Origin: a virus
Taxonomy: Duplodnaviria > Caudoviricetes
Reading direction: 5' to 3' (one strand)
DNA length: 64,000 nt
IMG/VR virus record: IMGVR_UViG_3300035497_000162
Span: 55,731 to 119,730 of that record
Below the pieces are notes generated by a model. It ran no database searches and was not told the origin of the DNA. It saw only the letters and a program-made list of their open reading frames with translations. Positions 20,843 to 31,023 of the stretch are shown one piece after another. Position 1 is the stretch's first letter; each line of letters opens with the position of its first letter. The translations under genes and the position numbers were made by a program.

Positions 20843-21013
20843 GAGGTAGTTTATACCTTTTAAGTACATCGCTACTTCTTAATGAAGTTTAGGTGTAAAA
20901 TTATGTTATTTGAGGTTTTATACGTATACTAAATAACATAGTAATAAAACGTAATAGTAACTGTTACTGGAAGTATCGTTTTATATGTATATAAAATAAC
21001 ATAATAGTAAAAC
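20843..21013 (+). CRISPR. Cassette C: scaffold, repeats 20915-20950 and 20978-21013, 27-nt spacer
   Basis: Scaffold variant with compensatory hairpin ACTTC-TTAAT-GAAGT. Confidence 0.85.
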
Positions 21014-21051
21014 GGACCAGTAGTTGTAGGTTCAAATCCTATCTAAGTCCA
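21014..21051 (+). pseudogene. 3' half of a tRNA (identity uncertain)
   Basis: GGA-CCAGT-AGTT-GTAGG-TTCAAAT-CCTAT-CTAAGTCCA; no 5' half upstream. Confidence 0.7.
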
Positions 21052-21058
21052 TTTTTAT

Positions 21059-21133
21059 GGAGTATTAGTCAAGTTGGTAAGACAATAGATTGCAAATCTA
21101 TGATCGTTGGTTCAAATCCAATATACTCCTCCA
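21059..21133 (+). tRNA. tRNA-Cys(GCA)
   Basis: GGAGTAT/ATACTCC-T-CCA, ATAGA-TTGCAAA-TCTAT, U73. Confidence 0.93.
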
Positions 21134-21136
21134 TTT

Positions 21137-21437
21137 GAGGTAGTTTATCCCTTTTAAGTACATCGCTACTCGTATAGAGCTTAGGTGTAAAGTTATGTTA
21201 TTTGAGGTTTTATATGTATACTAAATAACATAGTAATAAAACTCAGGATATGGTTCTATTATTAAATTAAGAGTTTTATATGTATACTAAATAACATAGT
21301 AATAAAACAATCTGTACATATATTTTGTATTAATTGTTTTATATGTATACTAAATAACATAGTAATAAAACGAAAAAACATAAGATTAATAATTTAGAGT
21401 TGTTTTATACATATACTAAATAGCATAATAGAAAAAC
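21137..21437 (+). CRISPR. Cassette D: scaffold, 4 repeats (21207, 21273, 21336, 21402), spacers of 30/27/30 nt
   Basis: 36-nt repeats, last one degenerate. Confidence 0.92.
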
Positions 21438-21477
21438 ATCTTTAGTAAATAGTAAAACATACTAATTAACTTTTTTA

Positions 21478-21510
21478 AAAGTAGATAATATTATCTGCTT
21501 TATTTTTTTG
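21478..21510 (+). terminator. Terminator after cassette D
   Basis: AAAGTAGATAATATTATCTGCTTT plus T tract. Confidence 0.65.
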
Positions 21511-21569
21511 TATCAAAATAGATTATTTTTTATATATTTATATAGATAACGTGTATGGGAGGTAATAAT

Positions 21570-24500
21570 ATGCAGGAAAATTTAAAGCAAGATTCATTGA
21601 ATGATTTAGTAAACACTATTATAGATATGAAAGATTCTGAAAAGAAAGCAGCTAGAATAAGAGATATAGTACCTATAGAGGAATGGATAAATTCAGAATA
21701 CTACGTAGGTCCAGATGCTTTATCTATATACCCTTATTGGAAACAACATATAATAAATATATTTAATAGTAAAGTTAAGATTAATGAAGTTATATTAACT
21801 GGAGGGTTAGGAACAGGTAAGACAACTATTGCAAATATTATATTATTAAGAAGGATATATGAGTTATCTTGTTATAGTAATATACCAGCTCTATTTAATT
21901 TGATGGCTAGTTCAAAGATAATGTTAGCTTATTTTAATCTTAATTTAGGACAAGCACTATTAACAGGGTTTGGTCAACTTAAAGAGATGATAGATAATTG
22001 CCCTTATTTTTTAGAACACTTTCCTAGAAATAATAAAAAGGATAGTGAAATAGTTTGGCCACAAGCTAATATAATGGTCCGCTTTGCCTCTGGAACTCAA
22101 CATACCATCGGATCTAATTTGATAGGTTAAATCTAATATAAGCCTAGGTATCGCGTGAGCGGTATATTAATTTGATACATTGAATTGCTGGAAACTCGTA
22201 AAGCTAACTAAACTACAACATAATATCTTAAATGATATAAGTGTGAATGTTACGAAAGTAGAAAAAATTAGTTAGATGGTATATGGTTAAATCCTAAGTA
22301 CTATTAAAATTGATAATCAGCAGCTAAGCTCGAAAGAGAAAGTTCAACGACTATCTTCGTTAAGAAGAGTAAAACTCAAGTGAGAAGAAGTGGTGTACCC
22401 TTAGTAATAGGTGATGATATAGTCTGTCCTTTATAGAAATATAAAGAAGTTCATAAGAGAACTGATAAAGATTAACGAACTTTATTGAACATAAATTTCA
22501 TTAGATGAATATTTAATACTTTTAAAGTATATATCCTTATTAGGGGGGTATTTTAGATGATAGGTTATATTTATGAAACAACTAATTTAATAAATGGAAA
22601 GAAATATATAGGAAAACATAAATCTTGTAATTTTGATAAAAATTATTATGGTTCTGGAATAGGATTAAAAAGAGCTCTAAATAAATATGGAAAAGAGAAT
22701 TTTAAAATTGTAATTTTAGAAGAAATAGAAACTAATCAAAAAGACTTAGATCTAAGAGAAGTTTATTGGATAGAATATTTTGATGCTGTAAAAAGTAAGA
22801 ATTATTATAATAATTCTTACGGTGGAGAAAATGAAGGTTGGTCTGGAGTAAATAAAATGTTTAGAGAAAATTCAGATAAATGGAAAGCTAAAGTTGAAAA
22901 GTCAGCAAAAACTCAAACAGGTCAAAAGAGAAGTTTTGAAACTAAACAAAAAATATCTAAATCTTTAAAAGGTAAATCTAAATCAGAAGAACATATAAAA
23001 CATTTACGAGATGCTAAATTAAAATTTTGGGAAAACGCTTCTGAAGATTTAAAGAAAAGAATGGGATATAACTTTGGAACTTTAGGTAAACAATCTCCTA
23101 TAAAAGGACTTAATGCCGAAAATTCTGAGTATGTTAGAAAAGCTAGAGATAATATGATGAAAACAAAAAATTCAGAAGAGTGGAAACAGACTAAAGGTTT
23201 AGAATCAAGGAAAAAATTAAGTAAAACTAGAAAAGAAAGAGGTTTAGCTAAAGGAAAAAATAATCCTATGTATGGAACTAAAACTGTATATGTTTCAAAT
23301 ATAAAACAAAATAAAGTAAAACGTATTAATTTAGGTGATTTAGATAATTATTTATTAGATGGTTGGATAAAGGGTAATATTCATAAAATGAAATAGAGAG
23401 CATATTAGACGAAGCAAATTTTTTTAGTAAAACAGAAAAAATAACTGAGACAGCTATGCAAGTACAAGATAAAGCTAAAGATATTTATACAGCAGCAAGA
23501 AACAGACGGAAAATCACGTTTCTTGGTTAATGGTGAGAATAATTCTATATCTATACTAGTATCATCTACTACTTTTGATAGCTCTTTTACTAATCAGAGG
23601 TTAAAAGAAACTGAGAACGATCCACACACTTATGTAGTAAATGCTAGGAGTTGGGATGTTAAACCACAAAATTATAGTAAAGAAAGGTTTTATGTATTTT
23701 GTGGGTCTGGTGAGATAGACCCTTGTATATTAGATACATATATAGATGTTAATAATATATTAGATTCTTATGGCTTATCTAGACTAGAAGATATGTCAGT
23801 AAATGAAGCTATAGGATATATCCCAATAGAGCTCAGAACTCAAATTGTAGACATACCGATAGACTTTTTATCTGATTTTAGACAGAATTTATTACAGTCT
23901 ATTCAAGATATTGCAGGTATGACTGTAGCCGGTGAGGGAAAATTATTTAATAATAAAGAATTATTTAATCAAGCTATTTATGAACCTGAAGAAAAAGCAT
24001 TTCTAAAAGATACGTTTATTATATCTACAAAGTTAGATACTAAACCTCAAGACTATATAAACCCTAATTGGAAACCTGAACAACCAGAAAAATTAAGGTT
24101 TATGCACCTAGATCAAGGTATAGCATCAGATCATTATGGTTTATCTTCTTGTTTTATAGATAATATAGATATAAATAAAGATGAAACTATAACTCTACAC
24201 GTAAAGTTTGATTTTATAATAGATATAGTTCCACCAAGACCACCAGCAAAAGTAGATATATCTAAGGTAAGAAGTTTAATTCCTTGGTTATCACAAAATA
24301 AAGGAATTAATTGGGGTAAAATTACATATGATACTTTTCAATCACAGGAATCAATACAGGAATTAGATAAAGCTGGTTTTCCAGTAGGTTATCAGTCTGT
24401 TGATAGAACAGATGAAGCTTACCTTTTATTAGTAGATTATATTTATAATAAACAAATTAGATTTCCATATAGCAAAGAATTTGAATTTAATCTATTTAAT

Positions 24501-24659
24501 TTAGTTCATTTTAGAGAGAAGCGAAAGGTAGATCATATTTCTACTGGAAGAAAAGATGTATCAGACTCAGTTGCAGGTAGCTTGTATAATGCTGTATCTA
24601 GTAAAGTTTGGCAAAATGAGTTAATTAAAAATGATTTAAGTATATTTATGCAAATATAG
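21570..24659 (+). CDS. terL: Terminase large subunit, join(21570..22127,23399..23506,23508..24659), ~605 aa; intron plus +1 shift at CGG
   Basis: Walker A GGLGTGKTT, Walker B LIG|SILDEANF restored by splicing, R-GKSRF, nuclease HLDQG, YDTFQS, KVDH..KDVSD. Confidence 0.9.
22128..23398 (+). mobile_element. Group I intron in terminase
   Basis: Exon ends GGT, intron ends G; cores AATTGCTGGAAA, AATCAGCAG, GTTCAACGACTA, GATATAGTCT. Confidence 0.9.
22557..23396 (+). CDS. Intron-encoded GIY-YIG endonuclease with NUMOD3-like motifs
   Basis: GYIY..YIGK, YYGSG, YYN..GG; stop 2 nt before 3' splice site. Confidence 0.9.
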   Translation: MIGYIYETTNLINGKKYIGKHKSCNFDKNYYGSGIGLKRALNKYGKENFKIVILEEIETNQKDLDLREVYWIEYFDAVKSKNYYNNSYGGENEGWSGVNKMFRENSDKWKAKVEKSAKTQTGQKRSFETKQKISKSLKGKSKSEEHIKHLRDAKLKFWENASEDLKKRMGYNFGTLGKQSPIKGLNAENSEYVRKARDNMMKTKNSEEWKQTKGLESRKKLSKTRKERGLAKGKNNPMYGTKTVYVSNIKQNKVKRINLGDLDNYLLDGWIKGNIHKMK

Positions 24660-24667
24660 GAGGATTT

Positions 24668-25441
24668 ATGTTTGGGTATATTTATGAAACAACTAACTTA
24701 ATAAATGGAAAGAAATATATTGGTAAAAGACAATCAAATATATTTTTAGGTAATAAGTATTTAGGTAGCGGTAAAATATTAAAACAAGCTATTATAAAAG
24801 AAGGTGAAGAAAATTTTTCAGTTAAACTATTAGAGAAATGTGATAGTAAAGAAGATTTAGAATTTAAAGAAAAATATTATATTAGCAAATTTAATGCAGT
24901 AAAAGATACTAATTATTATAATATAGCCACTGGTGGAGAAGGTGGAGATACTTTTTCTGGATTATCTGATAAATGTAAAGAGCAAGTAAGACTTAGACAT
25001 TCAATTGCTAGTTCTAAATTAATTATGTCTGAAGAGACTAAAAATAAAATATCTAGAGCTAATAAAAATAGAGTACATTCTGCGAAATCTAGATTTAATA
25101 TGTCTATAGGTCAAAAGAAAAGATATAGTAATGGAAATACTGTTTGGAATAAGGGTTTAAAAAATTGTTTTTCTAGTGAAACGTTGAAATTAATGTCTGA
25201 GCATAATGTTGGTATGAAAGGTAAAAAACACAAAGAATCTACTAAAGAATTAATGTCAAATAATCAAATTGGAAATAAAAATTCATTTTATAATAAACAT
25301 CATACAAAAGAAGCCAAAGATAGAATTGGTTATTATTCTAGAAATTCAGTTTGGATTACTAAAGATAATGAACATAAAAGAGTTTTATCAGAAGTTCTTA
25401 ATACTTATTTAAGTTTAGGATGGCATAAAGGGAGACATTAA
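24668..25441 (+). CDS. Free-standing GIY-YIG homing endonuclease (Seg-like)
   Basis: GYIY..YIGK, YLGSG, NUMOD3-like KKHKESTK. Confidence 0.9.
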   Translation: MFGYIYETTNLINGKKYIGKRQSNIFLGNKYLGSGKILKQAIIKEGEENFSVKLLEKCDSKEDLEFKEKYYISKFNAVKDTNYYNIATGGEGGDTFSGLSDKCKEQVRLRHSIASSKLIMSEETKNKISRANKNRVHSAKSRFNMSIGQKKRYSNGNTVWNKGLKNCFSSETLKLMSEHNVGMKGKKHKESTKELMSNNQIGNKNSFYNKHHTKEAKDRIGYYSRNSVWITKDNEHKRVLSEVLNTYLSLGWHKGRH

Positions 25442-25547
25442 AGATATTGCAGATTCTGTAGTAGGTAGTTTATTTAATGCGGTAAAGTCAGATATATACT
25501 TATCTGAGGTAATACAAAAAGACCTTGATATTGTTCTTAATACTTAA
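25440..25547 (+). pseudogene. Orphan duplicate of terminase C-terminus (KDIADSVVGSLFNAV..DLDIVLNT*)
   Basis: Aligns with KDVSDSVAGSLYNAV..DLSIFMQI at the end of terL; no start. Confidence 0.85.
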
Positions 25548-25588
25548 TAAGTACTATAAAATTATATATTAATTAGAGGAGATGAATT

Positions 25589-26074
25589 ATGAGAGTTTCA
25601 AAAGCTATATTGGATAATATTAATGAGTCTATTTTATCAGAAAAAGCTTCCATTGACTGGAATAACTATTTAACTCTGGAAGAAGTTAAAAAATTTTTAT
25701 CTAAAGATAATAAGATAGAATCAGCTAAGGATATTATTTATTCTAATAATTTTAAAGACAGATTTAAAGATTTTAAGAAATCAAATTGGACTAAGAATGA
25801 ATTAGTAAAAGATTTAGAAAACTATTATAATTATGGACATTTTAATGAATCTGATAATACTAAAAGTCAATTAGAATTATGGAAATCTCAAGTAGATTCT
25901 AAATCTAATGATGAATTACGAAGTTTATTGGATAAATTATATACTAAAATACAAAATTATAATAAAACAAATAATGAAATTAAGTCAAAAGAGATATTTG
26001 ATTTAATTAAAAAAGCAAATTATATAGAAAATAAATTAGGTGTAAAAATAACTAGAGGAAGAATTTTACATTAG
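25589..26074 (+). CDS. Hypothetical protein (possible head-associated)
   Basis: ORF between terminase and portal. Confidence 0.6.
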   Translation: MRVSKAILDNINESILSEKASIDWNNYLTLEEVKKFLSKDNKIESAKDIIYSNNFKDRFKDFKKSNWTKNELVKDLENYYNYGHFNESDNTKSQLELWKSQVDSKSNDELRSLLDKLYTKIQNYNKTNNEIKSKEIFDLIKKANYIENKLGVKITRGRILH

Positions 26075-26089
26075 AAAGGAGAATATACA

Positions 26090-28066
26090 TTGGCTATTTT
26101 TAATAAAAAAACTAAAACTCCAATATCTAATCCAGATAAAGAGCCACTTAATGAGTGGGAAACATCCGACGGATTATCTATGTATACCTTTATTCAAGGT
26201 ATTAATAAAATAGATAGTAATTATATTAATAATGATATATTAATAGATAGAATGACTCAAGATTCTATTATATCTTCTGCTATTGATATGTGGACGGAAG
26301 ATTCTTTACAGAAAGATCCACAAACTAAAGAAATATTTAATGTTGAAGTAGATACTCCAGATGATAATATAGAATCAACCTTATCTAAGGGTTTAGCTTT
26401 AGAATTGAACAGATTTTTAAAAACAGATTTAAGAATGGAAAAGGAATTAGTTCCTATCCTTAAAAGAATTTTAATATACGGAAATTGCCCTGTAAAATTG
26501 GATTTTGCTGATACCTTAGCAGATGAAAAATTAGAATTAAAAGAATCTAATATAGACTTAATGCAGTCAGTTTCTAATAAAGTAACTAAGTTATATGGTG
26601 ATACTACTATTTCTGGAACAGGTAAACTTAATCATCAATATTCTATAGACGATAAAACTAATAGAGTACTAACTGAATCTGAATATAATATAGATTGGGA
26701 ACAGTGTGGAGAAGATGTAATTAGTACTGATAATAAACAATTATTAAAACTTAGAGAGTCTATAGAAAAGAAACAAAAAGTATTAAAAGAATCAGCTTTA
26801 AATGAGGACCAATTAGTTAATATGAAATCAATGATGAAGGGTAGATGGTATACTCAAATAATAGGACATGGAACTAATATTTACACTTTATCATCTAAAC
26901 AGAAATTAATAGCTTATATGGATAGAGATAATCCTAATAAATTTATTAAGCCTGATAGAATTGTTAATTTTTCTAATAATACTGGAAAACATAAGGTAAC
27001 TTTTGAAGTAGGTGAATTAAAAGAAGAGCTAAATAAAAAAAGATATTTTTCTTTAGAGCGAGGAGAAAGCTTTTTAGAAAATTCTATGGTTGCTTGGCAA
27101 GTATTATCCGCTTTAGAAGATATTTTATTACTTACTAGAATGACTCGCTCAGTTTTATATAGAATCTTTTCTGTAGAAGTAGGTAATAAAGGTAATACTG
27201 AAACCATGAATTTACTTAATAGACTTAAAAATAAAATAAAGATGGATGAAACTGTAGATGTTAGAAGTAAAATTTATAATTCTTCATTATCACAGGTTCC
27301 ATTAGGTGACTCTATATTTATACCTACTAGAAATGGTACCGGTGTTATAGATGTAAAAACTGTAGGTGGTGATGTTAATTTAACTGACGCTATAGATTTA
27401 GATTATTTTAAAGATAAGTTATTTGCAGGTCTTAGAATACCAGCTCCATTTTTAGGATTTACAGAATCTTTACCTGGAGGTATAGGAGATACCTCACTTA
27501 CTAGAATGGATATTAGATATTCTAGAACTATTACTAGAATACAGTCTATACTATCTGAAGGGTTAAAAGATTTATGTTTAGTATATTTAAAACTAACTAG
27601 AACTGAAAAAGCTTTAGAAGAGCTCCCAGATTTTAAGATTACTTTTACTTCTGTTAATTCTGCTGAAGATATAAGTAGAGCTAATTTAAAACAAACACAA
27701 ATGGATACCCTAAAGAATGTTTTAGAAACTCTTAAAGGATTAGGTGTAGATATAGCTTCTAATTCAGAAGGTTATGAAAAGACTAGACAACAATTAATAA
27801 AAGAATATTTTGGGTCTACTTTATTAGATAAAATATTAGAGGATGAATCTTCTATGCCAGTACAAGGCCCTACAGAAGGAAATCCTCATGATTTAAGTAG
27901 TGACTTCGATAGTTCGCCATCTGCTACACCTCCTTCTGGAATAGTATCTGGTCCAGAATTGGATAACGAACCTAAAGAACCAGTAGAAGAACCTACAGAA
28001 GAACCAACTAGTGATTTAGATACTTCAGATATTACAGATAATACTGAAACTAGAGAGCTAGGTTAA
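26090..28066 (+). CDS. Portal protein (T4 gp20-like)
   Basis: LEDILLLTR..R.F.VEVG, FIPTR, D.DYFKDKLF..LRIP..L. Confidence 0.88.
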   Translation: MAIFNKKTKTPISNPDKEPLNEWETSDGLSMYTFIQGINKIDSNYINNDILIDRMTQDSIISSAIDMWTEDSLQKDPQTKEIFNVEVDTPDDNIESTLSKGLALELNRFLKTDLRMEKELVPILKRILIYGNCPVKLDFADTLADEKLELKESNIDLMQSVSNKVTKLYGDTTISGTGKLNHQYSIDDKTNRVLTESEYNIDWEQCGEDVISTDNKQLLKLRESIEKKQKVLKESALNEDQLVNMKSMMKGRWYTQIIGHGTNIYTLSSKQKLIAYMDRDNPNKFIKPDRIVNFSNNTGKHKVTFEVGELKEELNKKRYFSLERGESFLENSMVAWQVLSALEDILLLTRMTRSVLYRIFSVEVGNKGNTETMNLLNRLKNKIKMDETVDVRSKIYNSSLSQVPLGDSIFIPTRNGTGVIDVKTVGGDVNLTDAIDLDYFKDKLFAGLRIPAPFLGFTESLPGGIGDTSLTRMDIRYSRTITRIQSILSEGLKDLCLVYLKLTRTEKALEELPDFKITFTSVNSAEDISRANLKQTQMDTLKNVLETLKGLGVDIASNSEGYEKTRQQLIKEYFGSTLLDKILEDESSMPVQGPTEGNPHDLSSDFDSSPSATPPSGIVSGPELDNEPKEPVEEPTEEPTSDLDTSDITDNTETRELG

Positions 28067-28183
28067 TATTATAAAGATTTTTATAGTTGGGTAATATAAT
28101 TTAATTACTTAACTATAAAACGCTTATATTTTAATCCTAGTACTTATAAGTAATGATATATTTAATAGAAAGAAGGTGTTATT

Positions 28184-28750
28184 TTGATATTAAATGAAGC
28201 TAAAATAAAAGAATTACAGTCTAAAACTCGAAATCAAACTCCAAAGTTAGCTGGTAGGTCTAACTATGTTAATACAGATTATATAGGTATTAGTAAATTC
28301 GGTATTTTTAATTTTAGAACTACTAGTCAAACAAGTCCTGGAAATTATTGGTATCAGACCTTAGAAATAGTAGACTTTGAATCTAAGATAATGGATGAAG
28401 ATATTACAGCTGATTTTATTAAAGATTTAATAGAAAATAATGATATAAGAATTATGTGTGATTGTTTAACTGGAGATTCAAACATATTAATGGAGGATGG
28501 AACATGTAAATATATAAAGGATATTGAAGAAGGAGATAGAGTTGTAACTCACTTAGGTAATGTTAAAACTGTAAGAGGTAAGTCTAAAAGACCAGCTGAT
28601 AACGATTTACTAGAAATAGATTTAGGTGATAGAAAAATTAAATGTACTAAAAATCATCAGTTTTTAGTAAATGATGGTAAAAACAATACTTGGGTATATG
28701 CTAAAGATTTAACTACTGATATGGAATTATTAGAGCTAGGAGATGTATAA
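28184..28750 (+). CDS. SWIM zinc-finger protein N-extein fused to split-intein N part (IntN from 28463)
   Basis: ..IMCD|CLTGDS, block B CTKNHQFL, VYAKDL. Confidence 0.85.
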   Translation: MILNEAKIKELQSKTRNQTPKLAGRSNYVNTDYIGISKFGIFNFRTTSQTSPGNYWYQTLEIVDFESKIMDEDITADFIKDLIENNDIRIMCDCLTGDSNILMEDGTCKYIKDIEEGDRVVTHLGNVKTVRGKSKRPADNDLLEIDLGDRKIKCTKNHQFLVNDGKNNTWVYAKDLTTDMELLELGDV

Positions 28751-29458
28751 ATGTTTGGATATATTTATGAAACAACTAATTTAATAAATGGAAAGAAGTA
28801 TATAGGACAAAAGACTAGTAAAATATTTTTAAAAGAAAAATATTTAGGTTCTGGAACTTATTTAAAAAGAGCTTTAAATAAGTATGGAAAAGAAAATTTT
28901 AAAGTAAGACTTATAGAAGAATGTGATTCTAAAGAAGAATTAGATAGTCAAGAAATATATTGGATAGATTATTACAATGCAGTGAAGTCTAAAGATTATT
29001 ATAATCAATCTAGTGGTGGAGAACATTGGGATTTACCTAGTGAATACATTGCTGAAACTAATAGAAAATATCAATCAAAAAAGATGAAAGGTAGAATTTA
29101 TATCAGTAGAAATTATGATGAAGAAAAACTTATTTGGTCATATGAATTGGATGAGTATACTAATTGTGGTTGGACGAGGGGTAGAAGTAAAAAATCTAAA
29201 CTTGTTATTAGTCAGAAAACTAAGGAAGCTTTAAAAGATGTGGTTTTTACAGAAGAACAGAGATATAAGATGGGTTCTCCTAATCGAGGCAAACATCTTT
29301 CAGAAGAAACTAAAACTAAAATGTCTAATTATTGGAAAAATAGACCAAAGCCTTGGAGTAGACAACTTAAATCAGAAGAGACAAAAGCTAAAATGTCTAT
29401 TTCAGCTAGAAATAGAAAAAGGGATGCTAAAGGTCGTTTTATAAAGGAGGTATTATAA
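28751..29458 (+). CDS. GIY-YIG endonuclease between split-intein halves
   Basis: GYIY..YIGQ, YLGSG, NUMOD3-like GKHLSEETK. Confidence 0.9.
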   Translation: MFGYIYETTNLINGKKYIGQKTSKIFLKEKYLGSGTYLKRALNKYGKENFKVRLIEECDSKEELDSQEIYWIDYYNAVKSKDYYNQSSGGEHWDLPSEYIAETNRKYQSKKMKGRIYISRNYDEEKLIWSYELDEYTNCGWTRGRSKKSKLVISQKTKEALKDVVFTEEQRYKMGSPNRGKHLSEETKTKMSNYWKNRPKPWSRQLKSEETKAKMSISARNRKRDAKGRFIKEVL

Positions 29459-30109
29459 ATGTCTGCAAAAATAAAAGGAATAAAAGAAATACCTAATGAA
29501 GATGTTTACTGTTTAGCAGTAGAAGATGATGAATCTTATATTGTAAGTAATGTTATAAGTCATAATTGTCCATCATTTTTATATTGGGGTCTAAAGTATA
29601 TGGCTTGGAATAGAGATTATGGATTAGAACCTGAAAATAGATACCCAGAAGTAAATAATACTGAACTAAGAGGAGCTTTGTGTAAACACCTTCTTAGTGT
29701 AGTAGATTTAGTTCATTCTGGTAATTTGTATGAACAGATGGCTAAAGATACTATAAATTGGAGATCTTATAGAAATGGAGAAACTCATGGTACTTTCAGT
29801 AAAGGTAGATTAATGGGAGATGCTAAAAACAAAAAGAATAGAATAAATTGGGAAAACTATGATAGTTATATGAATGATTATTTTGCATCATTAGCAGGAA
29901 AAAATAAATTTTTAGATGACGAAGATATAAAGGGTAGTTTAAAAGATGAAATAGAAAGAACAGCTAAAACAGATCCTAATATGACCTTAGATGACTTTAT
30001 CTCTGATGAATTTGGAGTAGATGGTATGCAAGGTTTAGCTAACGAGTTACAGATAGATATAGACTATATTAGAAAATATTTTAAAGATTTAGGATTCGTA
30101 GAGCTATAG
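29459..30109 (+). CDS. Split-intein C part (36 aa) fused to SWIM-finger C-extein
   Basis: VYCLAVEDDESY..VISHN|CPSFLYWG..LCKHL. Confidence 0.87.
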   Translation: MSAKIKGIKEIPNEDVYCLAVEDDESYIVSNVISHNCPSFLYWGLKYMAWNRDYGLEPENRYPEVNNTELRGALCKHLLSVVDLVHSGNLYEQMAKDTINWRSYRNGETHGTFSKGRLMGDAKNKKNRINWENYDSYMNDYFASLAGKNKFLDDEDIKGSLKDEIERTAKTDPNMTLDDFISDEFGVDGMQGLANELQIDIDYIRKYFKDLGFVEL

Positions 30110-30126
30110 AAAGGAGTTGAATTAAA

Positions 30127-31008
30127 TTGCCTATATTAAATAGAAAGAGCCAAACTAGAACTATACAACCTTATTTTAAAACTATACAGGATAATATATT
30201 ACCTTTATTAAGTAACTATGGTATTAGCATGAGTACTACACCTATAAATTCTACTATGACTCAAGTATCTTATTCTGGTAATACTTATAATAATGATAGA
30301 GTTATAATAGATTTTTTAAGTAATAGCTCTAAGATAGAAGATAATGATTCTCTATTTTGTAATGTTCATTATAATTCTGGTGCAAATTCAGCAGGAATTA
30401 TAAATCTTAAAGAATTAGATGATAGTATCTTACAAATAGTTCATGCTTTAAATGAATTAGGATATAAAACTCCAGAAGAAAACCAAGAAGCTATCGAAAA
30501 AGCTGAAAAAGAAAAAGCTAATAAAAAAGGTGATTGGAAAACTAGATATAAAGATAAAGAAGATTTTTTAAAGAAAAATATAATACCTGATGAACCAAAT
30601 GATAGCAAGAATGATGGTGAATCATATAAACAAGATCAAGAGCTATCAGTTAAAGAATCTAAAGATAAGTTTGATAAATATTTGAAAGTAATGACTAAAA
30701 ATAATATGGCTGACTCTCGTATGTTTATTACTATATTAGTACCAACTGGGTCTGTTAGAAAAGCCTTAAGTATAGATTTAATATATGTTGATTCAGAAAA
30801 TTGTAATATTAAAACTGAAGGAATATCACCTAAAATAGATAAACAAACTACTTGGACTAAAGCAAAAAATTATATATTTAAAGTAACCGAATCAGTAAAT
30901 GGAACTATTTCTATAGAAGCTTCTGATGTTAATGGTAAATCTATAGATATAAAAGATACTGTAGTAAATAATGTAGAAGATGATATTGATTTAGGATTTG
31001 AAGTTTAA
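30127..31008 (+). CDS. Hypothetical protein
   Basis: 293-aa ORF with RBS. Confidence 0.65.
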   Translation: MPILNRKSQTRTIQPYFKTIQDNILPLLSNYGISMSTTPINSTMTQVSYSGNTYNNDRVIIDFLSNSSKIEDNDSLFCNVHYNSGANSAGIINLKELDDSILQIVHALNELGYKTPEENQEAIEKAEKEKANKKGDWKTRYKDKEDFLKKNIIPDEPNDSKNDGESYKQDQELSVKESKDKFDKYLKVMTKNNMADSRMFITILVPTGSVRKALSIDLIYVDSENCNIKTEGISPKIDKQTTWTKAKNYIFKVTESVNGTISIEASDVNGKSIDIKDTVVNNVEDDIDLGFEV

Positions 31009-31023
31009 TAAGGAGGTATTAGT

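Noticed and set aside
21243-21401. Loose similarity of spacers D1/D3 to genes in the window (e.g. ~21739, ~34761, ~51632) and of E2 to ~60371
   Set aside because: Too many mismatches for such AT-rich DNA; not distinguishable from chance
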